From Candidatus Omnitrophota bacterium (GTDB taxonomy: Bacteria > Omnitrophota > Omnitrophia > Omnitrophales > Aquincolibacteriaceae): 64,000 nucleotides of DNA. The position numbers and the translations under genes are program-made. The DNA is taken from the NCBI GenBank assembly GCA_903856085.1, contig CAIOAT010000013.1:103430-167429 (forward strand). Reading direction: 5' to 3'. The notes under the pieces were generated by a model. The model saw nothing but the letters and a program-made list of their open reading frames with translations. It searched no databases and was not told where the DNA came from. Shown piece after piece: positions 57,255 through 64,000 of this stretch (positions are counted from its first letter, which is position 1; every line of letters starts with the position of its first letter).

Positions 57255-59456
57255 TCACGGCGCTTCAGACGAAGCTTCGGTAGCGTCTTCTTTTTTCGGC
57301 AGTTCATTGACCACATGCGTGCACTTGGGATAATTCGAACAACCATAGAATGCGCGGCGGCCTTTGGCCCGGCGCTTCACCAGTTCTCCGCCGCAATCCG
57401 GCTCCGGGCAAAAGAACCCTGTCGGGAGGGAACGCGTGTACTTGCATTCCGGGAACCCGGAGCAAGCCATAAATTTTCCGAACCGCCCGAACTTAATGAA
57501 GACCTGTTTGCCGCACAGGCCGCATTTGTAATCCGTGGGGATGGGCGCCTGTTTGACGCTTTTCATTTCGGTCTGTGCACGCAACAAGAATTCGCTGAAC
57601 GGCCCGTAAAAATCCTTCAGGACTTTCACCCATTCCATTTTCCCTTCTTCGATTTCATCAAGCTCTTCTTCCATAAGCGCTGTAAATTCCGCATCCAGGA
57701 TCTTCGGGAAATGTTCGACCAGAATGTCCACAACCGTTTCGCCAAGCTCGGTGGGCATGAGCGCGCCCCCCTTGCGCTCGGCATAAATACGTCCCAGGAT
57801 AGTCGAGATCGTCGGCGCATAGGTGCTCGGGCGACCGATGCCCTTTTCTTCAAGTAGCTTGATCAAACTCGCATCATTGAATCGCCCCGGAGGCTTGGTG
57901 AAATGCTGCTCGCCCAAAAGCTCATGAAGGCTGAGCTTCTGCCCGATCTTCAAATCAGGGAGCTCCAGCAATTCAGGCGCTTCTTCTTCGGCCTCTTTTG
58001 AGTTTTCATTTTCAACCTTGATCTCACCAAACGCAGCCGTGAACCCTAAAAAGAGATTCCGTTTTCCGGTCGTGCGAAACCCGTATTTTTCTCCTGCGAG
58101 AATCGAAATGGCGGTATGTTCATCCACGGCAGGCACCATCTGGGAAGAAAGGAATTTTCTCCAGATCAACTCATAAAGTTTCAGTTCATCGCTTTCGAGA
58201 AAATCTCTGATCGAATCCGGAATGCGGAAAGCCGAGGTCGGACGGACCGCCTCGTGCGCCTCTTGAGCCCCTTTGCGGGACTTATAGACCGGCGGTTTTT
58301 CGGGAAGATATTCTTTTCCGAATTTCTCGGTGATGTAGCGCACGGCCTCCTCTTGCGCGGAAACAGCAACGTTCACGGAATCCGTTCGCATGTAGGTAAT
58401 AAGACCGACGCTCCCTTCCTCTCCAAGCTCCACGCCCTCATAAAGTCTCTGTGCGATCCGCATCGTGTTCGCGGCCGAGAACCCCAGCCGGCTGTAAGCT
58501 TCCTGCTGAAGCTTGCTCGTAGAATAAGGCGCCTGCGGTTTGCGCCGTTTTTCGGTCTTCTCGATATTCGAGACCTGGAAGGGGAGTTGCTGGAGCTCTT
58601 GCTTGATCCGATCGATCTCGGCCTGGGCCTTGAGATCAGGCTTTGCTTTATCGATCTGCGTTAGACGTGAAAGAAAAATCCTCTCCTGTTCTGGACCTTC
58701 GCTAGCAGAAAGCTTTGCGTCCAGCGTCCAATATTCCTGCGGCACAAATTTCCGGATTTCGCGCTCGCGGTCCACAATAAACCTCAGCGCCACGGACTGC
58801 ACGCGGCCCGCGCTAAGTCCCCGTCCGACATTCTTCCAAAGAAGCGGGCTCAGCTGATACCCGACCACGCGATCCAAAATACGGCGCGCTTGCTGGGCAT
58901 TCACAAGATCCATGTCGATCGCACGGGGATGCTCAAAAGCCTTCAGCACGGCATCTTTTGTGATCTCATTGAATTCCACCCGGAGGATCTTCGGACCGTG
59001 GCCTTCTTCTGAAAAAATATGGGCAAGATGCCAGCTGATGGCCTCGCCTTCCCGGTCCGGATCGGGGGCAACGTAGATGATTTCTTTGTTTTCGGCATCC
59101 TTTTTGAGCTGTTTGACCGTCTTGAGAGCCCGGCGAATAATGATGTATTCCGGGGCAAAATCATGCTCAATATCCACGGCCATCCGGCTCTTCGGCAAAT
59201 CCCGGACATGGCCCATGGAAGCCACAACGTGGAAATCCTTCCCTAGAAATTTATTGATGGTTTTAGCCTTGGCCGGGGACTCCACGATCACCAGGTATTT
59301 GGGTCCCTTCGCGATCTTTGAAGTTTTCGCACTCTTTGAAGCTTTCACGCTCTTCTTTGCTTTTGCCACAAGGCCTCCCTGAGGATTCAAAATAGGATTC
59401 AGATTGGATAAAGTGAAGGGGATTCTAAACAAAATGCGAGAGATTGTAAACGGCAA
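57255..59456 (-). CDS. topA: DNA topoisomerase I with C-terminal zinc ribbons.
   Basis: TOPRIM N-terminus (KYLVIVESPAKAKTI), active-site Tyr region and three C4 zinc-ribbon motifs at the C-terminus. 733 aa. Confidence 0.9.
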   Translation of the reverse strand: MPFTISRILFRIPFTLSNLNPILNPQGGLVAKAKKSVKASKSAKTSKIAKGPKYLVIVESPAKAKTINKFLGKDFHVVASMGHVRDLPKSRMAVDIEHDFAPEYIIIRRALKTVKQLKKDAENKEIIYVAPDPDREGEAISWHLAHIFSEEGHGPKILRVEFNEITKDAVLKAFEHPRAIDMDLVNAQQARRILDRVVGYQLSPLLWKNVGRGLSAGRVQSVALRFIVDREREIRKFVPQEYWTLDAKLSASEGPEQERIFLSRLTQIDKAKPDLKAQAEIDRIKQELQQLPFQVSNIEKTEKRRKPQAPYSTSKLQQEAYSRLGFSAANTMRIAQRLYEGVELGEEGSVGLITYMRTDSVNVAVSAQEEAVRYITEKFGKEYLPEKPPVYKSRKGAQEAHEAVRPTSAFRIPDSIRDFLESDELKLYELIWRKFLSSQMVPAVDEHTAISILAGEKYGFRTTGKRNLFLGFTAAFGEIKVENENSKEAEEEAPELLELPDLKIGQKLSLHELLGEQHFTKPPGRFNDASLIKLLEEKGIGRPSTYAPTISTILGRIYAERKGGALMPTELGETVVDILVEHFPKILDAEFTALMEEELDEIEEGKMEWVKVLKDFYGPFSEFLLRAQTEMKSVKQAPIPTDYKCGLCGKQVFIKFGRFGKFMACSGFPECKYTRSLPTGFFCPEPDCGGELVKRRAKGRRAFYGCSNYPKCTHVVNELPKKEDATEASSEAP

Positions 59457-59618
59457 GTTTATCGGACGCTTGCAACCCGTTTGTTAAAAACGAGTTAGGA
59501 GAATCGCAGAAGCGATTGGTTTTTACCCACCCTCTCTTAGTGCACTGGCGGAAACCCTTACGTCATTCGCTAGAAGCAGTGGACTTCTAAGGGTGACCCT
59601 TGAAAAAATCTCCGCGGC

Positions 59619-60014
59619 TCAAGAGATCTGCTCCCAAGGATCGTCTTTGGGCTTAGCGTTAGCCGAAGGGGTCTTCTTTGAGTTTCCATTGGAAAGCTTA
59701 TAAAGGGACTCGAGCTCCATGATCTGGGAGTCGCGCATCGCTTCTTTTTCAACGCGGCGAACCAAACGCTTGAGCGCCCCGATACGAATGCCAAGTTTCT
59801 CAATACAAAGCGTGGTCAGAAGCCGCGCCAGGATATTCACATGCACCTCAAGGCCCGTCAGACGATCGTCCGCCCGTTCCCCACCCTCTGCGACCTTGCC
59901 CATTTCATTTTTGAGGTCCGCGATCTTCGCATAAAAGGAAAGAACCTCTTTGAGGCTCCCCCCTGTTCTTTTTCCGGAAGGCTTTTGTTTTTTCGAACGT
60001 TTTCGCTTCGCCAT
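59619..60014 (-). CDS. Hypothetical protein with a Lys/Arg-rich N-terminus.
   Basis: 131-aa ORF MAKRKRSKKQKPSGKRTGG... with no recognisable family. Confidence 0.3.
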   Translation of the reverse strand: MAKRKRSKKQKPSGKRTGGSLKEVLSFYAKIADLKNEMGKVAEGGERADDRLTGLEVHVNILARLLTTLCIEKLGIRIGALKRLVRRVEKEAMRDSQIMELESLYKLSNGNSKKTPSANAKPKDDPWEQIS

Positions 60015-60069
60015 AAATCCTACCTCACTTAATAAAGGCTAACACATAAAATCGATCGCGCGGAGAAAT

Positions 60070-60112
60070 AAAAAAGGGACAGGCAATCATTGACTGCCTG
60101 TCCCTTTTGATT
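60070..60112 (-). terminator. Rho-independent terminator (bidirectional hairpin, stronger on the minus strand).
   Basis: A 10-bp perfect stem GGGACAGGCA/TGCCTGTCCC with an 8-9 nt loop. It is followed on the minus strand by TTTTTTATTT, and on the plus strand by TTTTGATTG. It lies just downstream of the RDD gene. Confidence 0.6.
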
Positions 60113-60131
60113 GACCTAATGACGCCGTCAA

Positions 60132-60521
60132 TTAGACTTCAACGACCTGCGTCTTGGCCCAACTGTCCGCGAGGCGATGTCCCTTAACAATCAGCATCAC
60201 GATCTCAACGATATACCCGACCACAAGCACGAACGGAATGATCAGCAGAATGTTCCGAATCAAAGCCTGCAACCACGTGACTTTCTCCCCTGTGAGGCTG
60301 ACGATCTTGATCTTGACCATCGCTCGTCCCGGAGAAAAGACCGCATCACGAAATACCAACCAAATGATATTGACGATCACAAGCACGATGCTGCGCACCA
60401 TGTCCGGAGCCGCCAAAAGAACCAGACCGATCACGATCCCGAGAACAATGGGAATAACGACCAGATCGATCAAGCCTGCCGCGAACCTCTTTCCCTTACT
60501 TGCTGGAACCAATCCTTCCAT
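60132..60521 (-). CDS. RDD-family membrane protein.
   Basis: Polytopic ~129-aa protein with RFAAGLIDLVVIPIV and an RDD-like RDAVF motif. The start was taken at the MEGLVP ATG. Confidence 0.55.
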   Translation of the reverse strand: MEGLVPASKGKRFAAGLIDLVVIPIVLGIVIGLVLLAAPDMVRSIVLVIVNIIWLVFRDAVFSPGRAMVKIKIVSLTGEKVTWLQALIRNILLIIPFVLVVGYIVEIVMLIVKGHRLADSWAKTQVVEV

Positions 60522-60659
60522 CTTTGACTCCTTTCGTTTTAAGAACTTTTCTCTTAACAAGACATGGTTTTCATATGAAACTCTATAGAGGAAACACCCG
60601 CCTGTCAAAACTTTTTATCATGAATCACCCTCATTATAACGGCCTACCTGCGCCGGAGC

Positions 60660-61883
60660 TTAACAGAGCAAGGCATATCTCCCGTCTTGCATCCGCCGAA
60701 CTTTCTTTGCGAGCTCCAATTGAAGCAAGAACACGGGTAATTTCGAGGGTTCAAGACCAGTAAATTCGAGAATCTCATCTTGCGAAAGCGGCCCTTCTTC
60801 TTTCAAAAGCTCTCCTATAATGCTGTTTTCCTCGATAGGAAGATCAACTCCGGAGACTTTTTTGACACAAAAAGATTCCAACCCCCTTTCCCCAGTGGAT
60901 GCCTCTGGAGATACCCGAAGCACATCGTCCTGCAATTCCAAAGGGCTCGATTGTTCGCCGGCAGTCGACTCAAATTTATTCTCCCATTTCAGCCGATCCG
61001 CAAGAACAAGCAGGATATCTTCGGGAGTTTCTACAAGACACGCACCTTCTTTGATGAGTTGATTCGTACCGCGCGAGGTCAGTTGATCCACCGGCCCGGG
61101 AAGCGCAAAAACCTCTCGCCCCTGCTCAACTGCCTGATGTGCTGTGATGAGAGATCCGCTTCGAGAGTGGGCCTCGACCACGAACGTGGCATAGGAGAGT
61201 CCCGAAAGGATCCGGTTACGGCGCGGGAAATTCTCCGGCAACGGCGGCGTTCCCAAGGGATATTCGCTCAAGACCACACACCGCTCCGCAACCCTCTTGA
61301 AAAGCCCCTCATGTTCCTTGGGATAGATCACATCAAGCCCGCACCCCATCACCGCGATCGTGCGACCGTAAGGAACATAAAGCGCACCATCATGCGCAAC
61401 ATGGTCGATCCCGCGCGCCAATCCAGAAACGATCGTGAGCCCTCTTGCGGCCAACTCCTGGGCAAAGCGTTTCGCTTGCGTCCGCCCATAAAAACTTGGA
61501 TGCCGCGTTCCTACGATGGCAATAGCATTCCGGTCATTCTCGAGCAAGGTTCCTTTTTTATAAAGAAGAAGCGGCGGGTCTGCGACTTCTTTAAGAATCG
61601 CCGGATAATCCCTGTCGGAGTAGAGCAAAAAATCGATTCCTTTGTGAGCACAGAGCTCCATCTCTTTTTCTGCATTAAAGGGCGGCATGTTTTCTGGAAC
61701 CGGAAGCCCCCTCAGCAGATCCTCGGATTCCATGCTCTCCAAGACTTCCCAAGCACTCTTTCCTTCCGAGAGAAGTGCCACGGCTTTCCGTCTGCCTTCG
61801 ATACGAAGCCGATTCAAGGTTAGGAATGCCCGGATCTCTTCTTGCTCAGCGGACATCATGACTGGAAACCTTTCACCTGCCAA
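60660..61883 (-). CDS. dprA: DNA processing protein DprA (Smf) with a C-terminal winged-helix-like extension.
   Basis: Rossmann-like core GTRHPSFYGRTQAKRFAQELAARGLTIVSGLARGIDHVAHDGAL. 407 aa. Confidence 0.8.
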   Translation of the reverse strand: MAGERFPVMMSAEQEEIRAFLTLNRLRIEGRRKAVALLSEGKSAWEVLESMESEDLLRGLPVPENMPPFNAEKEMELCAHKGIDFLLYSDRDYPAILKEVADPPLLLYKKGTLLENDRNAIAIVGTRHPSFYGRTQAKRFAQELAARGLTIVSGLARGIDHVAHDGALYVPYGRTIAVMGCGLDVIYPKEHEGLFKRVAERCVVLSEYPLGTPPLPENFPRRNRILSGLSYATFVVEAHSRSGSLITAHQAVEQGREVFALPGPVDQLTSRGTNQLIKEGACLVETPEDILLVLADRLKWENKFESTAGEQSSPLELQDDVLRVSPEASTGERGLESFCVKKVSGVDLPIEENSIIGELLKEEGPLSQDEILEFTGLEPSKLPVFLLQLELAKKVRRMQDGRYALLC

Positions 61884-62017
61884 AAAATGAAACGATCTTG
61901 TTTGTTCATAAGGTAAGCTTAAACGAATATTTACTTATAATCAATATTTATTTAATTAAAATAAACTTCCGGGAAAAGGCACATTTTAGAGCTATTGCCT
62001 CGGGAGGAGGAGCGACG

Positions 62018-63115
62018 CTATTTCGCGCCGGCGAGACGAAGAATCTTGCGGACGCTTTCGAGAGGAATATCTTTTTCGAGAGTAACCTTACCAATCTTCC
62101 TCGGTAGAACAAAATGCAGTATCCCTTTGTTTTTCTTCTTATCCGTCATCATGGCTTTCAGGATCGCGACCGTTTTCAGATTGAATTTCTTGATCGAAAC
62201 GGGCAATTTCATAGAAACCAGCAACTTCATCTGACGCCATGGAAGTTCTTGCGAACAAAACCCGAGGTCCGCAGCAAGCTGAGCCGCCATCATCATCCCG
62301 ATCGCGACCGCTTCCCCGTGCACCAGACCCTTATAACTCAGAGCCCCTTCAATCCCGTGCGCGAAAGTATGACCGAAATTAAGGATTGCACGCTCTCCTT
62401 TCGTCTCGAATTCATCACGGCTGACAACCCCGGCCTTGATCTTGGCGCAAGCGAGAACGACTTTCTCGATCGCCCCGAGGTCTTTACGAAGAATTCTTTT
62501 GAAATTCTTCTCCAGAAAATTAAAAAGGGCAGGGTCACCGATCACGCCGTATTTCACAACCTCCCCCATAGAAGCGCAAAGTTCTCTCTGAGGGAGAGAG
62601 CAAAGCACGTTCACATCCGAGAGTACAAGAGCCGGAGGCCAAAAGGCCCCCATCAGATTCTTCCCTTCCTTAAGATCGATCGCGGTCTTCCCCCCGATCG
62701 CACTGTCCACCTGCGCAAGCAAGGTTGTCGCAATATTCACATAGCGGATCCCGCGCAGATAGACCGATGCCGCAAACCCCGAAAGATCGCTCACCACGCC
62801 TCCGCCCACAGCCACGATCCCGTCCCTGCGCTCAAATCCTTTCGCAAGAAGATCGTAGGAAAGCCGGAACAGTTCTGCCCCGGATTTCGCGATCTCACCA
62901 TCCGGAAGTGTATGGGAATAAACTTGAAATCCTTTTTTGGAAAGCGACGCAGCGATCGTTTTCAGGTAGGGTGCGAGTTTCTTCTGAGAAACGATCATGA
63001 GCTTCACACCGGGCTTGAAAATACCAGCGACCAACGCTCCGGTCTTGGACAGCAGCCCCTGTCCCACGCAGATCTTGTAATTCCCCTTCAAGCTTTTTAC
63101 TTGTATTGTTTTCAT
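62018..63115 (-). CDS. aroB: 3-dehydroquinate synthase.
   Basis: VAVGGGVVSDLSGFAA NAD-binding region and the conserved HGEAVAIGM metal site. 365 aa. Confidence 0.85.
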   Translation of the reverse strand: MKTIQVKSLKGNYKICVGQGLLSKTGALVAGIFKPGVKLMIVSQKKLAPYLKTIAASLSKKGFQVYSHTLPDGEIAKSGAELFRLSYDLLAKGFERRDGIVAVGGGVVSDLSGFAASVYLRGIRYVNIATTLLAQVDSAIGGKTAIDLKEGKNLMGAFWPPALVLSDVNVLCSLPQRELCASMGEVVKYGVIGDPALFNFLEKNFKRILRKDLGAIEKVVLACAKIKAGVVSRDEFETKGERAILNFGHTFAHGIEGALSYKGLVHGEAVAIGMMMAAQLAADLGFCSQELPWRQMKLLVSMKLPVSIKKFNLKTVAILKAMMTDKKKNKGILHFVLPRKIGKVTLEKDIPLESVRKILRLAGAK

Positions 63116-63627
63116 GCTCTCGATCTCAACATTTCACGGATTTCACTCGCAACATCATCAGCAATCTTACCGTCTGTCAGCACTGAAAAATGACACGCGT
63201 CCTCATAAAAGACTTGGCGATCCCCTAATATCTGCTGAAGCGCTCCAAAGGGATCGGGTTTATTGAGAAGCGGACGATCCTTCGAGTACCGAACTCTCTG
63301 CCATAAAGATTCCGCGGACGCTTTTAGCAGTACAACCTTTCCGGTCTTTTTCATGCGTCGCACATTCTCGTCCCGAAGCACAATACCTCCGCCCGTCGCA
63401 ATCACTTGCCCGCTTTGCTTTGAAAGATCCTCCAGGACCGACGACTCCACGTCGCGGAAACAGTGTTCACCGGATCCCGAAAAAATCTCGGGGATCGAAC
63501 GCCCCTCTTTCGCCTGGATCTCGGCATCCAGATCCACGAACGCGTAGTCAAGAAGATCCGCCAGGGCTTTTCCGGTCACAGTCTTGCCGGAACCCATCAT
63601 GCCTATCAGATAAACGTTGTTAGACAC
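63112..63627 (-). CDS. aroK: Shikimate kinase.
   Basis: P-loop MMGSGKTVTGKALA. 171 aa. Confidence 0.85.
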   Translation of the reverse strand: MSNNVYLIGMMGSGKTVTGKALADLLDYAFVDLDAEIQAKEGRSIPEIFSGSGEHCFRDVESSVLEDLSKQSGQVIATGGGIVLRDENVRRMKKTGKVVLLKASAESLWQRVRYSKDRPLLNKPDPFGALQQILGDRQVFYEDACHFSVLTDGKIADDVASEIREMLRSRA

Positions 63628-64000
63628 GGGTGTGTTTTAAATAACCTTCGTAATTACGCCGGATCTCCGCCAGGGAATCGCCGCCGAATTTTTCGAGAAA
63701 AGAATCCGCGAGCGTATACGCCACAAGCGCTTCCCCGATGACACTTCCCGCAGGCACCGCGCAGGCATCACTACGCTCGAAATCAGCCTTTTCTACTTTT
63801 TTCGTTTTCATGTTCACCGACGCGAGAGGTCTCGCAAGCGTTGCGATCGGCTTCATCGTAAGACGGGCCACGAGATCCGCCCCGTTCGTCATTCCGCCCT
63901 CAAAACCCCCGGCATGGTTCGTTTTATGGAAATAGCCGCGCGCCTTACCGTAAAAGATCTCGTCATGCGCTTCGGAACCTGGACAACCGGCCAGTTTCAC
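63620..64000 (-). CDS. aroC: Chorismate synthase. The C-terminal ~126 aa are present; the N-terminus lies beyond the window end.
   Basis: C-terminal AroC conservation (GGMTNG, RSDACAVPAGSVIGEA). The ORF is open at 64000. Confidence 0.85.
   Translation of the reverse strand: MKLAGCPGSEAHDEIFYGKARGYFHKTNHAGGFEGGMTNGADLVARLTMKPIATLARPLASVNMKTKKVEKADFERSDACAVPAGSVIGEALVAYTLADSFLEKFGGDSLAEIRRNYEGYLKHTRV

Noticed and set aside
59540-59600. Possible SRP RNA, suggested by an AGAAGCAG motif resembling the conserved GGAAGCAGC of 4.5S RNA.
   Set aside because: The flanking CAGG–GNRA–AGCAG helix-8 architecture cannot be formed, so the resemblance is limited to one heptamer.
62114-63193. 359-aa plus-strand ORF.
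   Set aside because: It is antisense to aroB and aroK and has no recognisable domain.

Overview
This 64 kb window looks like a chromosomal housekeeping segment of a Gram-negative-type bacterium, probably an anaerobe, at roughly 50% GC. Almost every gene is recognisable from its translated ORF. The main blocks are described below, followed by the observations that stand out. The largest ORFs on the strand opposite annotated genes are treated as spurious.

**Gene content, start to end**
- thiC-family radical-SAM gene, partial at the window start, followed by a fused Lrp/AsnC-like siroheme-decarboxylase-type gene.
- A receiver-only response regulator, a sensor histidine kinase and a NUDIX hydrolase.
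- An 11-gene complex I operon in the order nuoA-B-C-D-I-H-J-K-L-M-N, with no nuoEFG and with nuoI ahead of nuoH.
- An RluA-family pseudouridine synthase.
- A six-gene translationally coupled minus-strand operon: thiS, thiG, thiH, thiF, an unrecognisable 255-aa protein, and a DnaQ-like 3'-5' exonuclease.
- Malic enzyme, an N-terminally truncated Rho, an ABC-F ATPase, Fe-alcohol dehydrogenase, ahcY and metK.
- GDP-sugar genes, then ptsI, ptsH, a YvcK-like protein, ptsN, hpf, lptB, lptC/A, lpxL, kdsD and kdsA (the conserved Kdo/Lpt/PTS-Ntr neighbourhood, but without rpoN).
- pyrG, kdsB, a heptose-kinase domain, and a large LPS-core cluster: three family-9 heptosyltransferases, a GT4-GT9 fusion, an LpxL-ELM1-like fusion, lpxK and waaA.
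- xerC/D-type recombinase, topA, dprA, and aroB, aroK and aroC (partial at the window end).

**Main finding**
At least 10 copies of one family of short hairpin-forming palindromic repeats are dispersed through the window. Their shared core is GGTTGACC...CCCAATT(T/C)C...GAAATTGGG...GTCAACC. Copies lie in intergenic regions, but several lie inside coding sequence:
- One is inserted in frame inside waaA.
- One is inserted in frame inside a ferredoxin-domain gene.
- Two form the C-terminal tails of kdsB and of a heptosyltransferase, encoding a recurring SKE(S/L)KVNGTGPGNL-like peptide.
- Copy termini supply start codons (ATGACCGT, giving MTV) and a stop codon for neighbouring genes.
This resembles the Rickettsia palindromic elements.

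**Other points worth a second look**
- The Rho protein lacks the canonical N-terminal helical and OB-fold RNA-binding domain, which is replaced by about 50 residues of Arg/Gly/Pro-rich sequence.
- The unknown protein plus exonuclease co-transcribed with the thiazole genes.
- The reduced, reordered complex I.
- A possibly leaderless nuoA.

No tRNA or rRNA genes, CRISPR arrays or obvious prophage or insertion-sequence genes were found.
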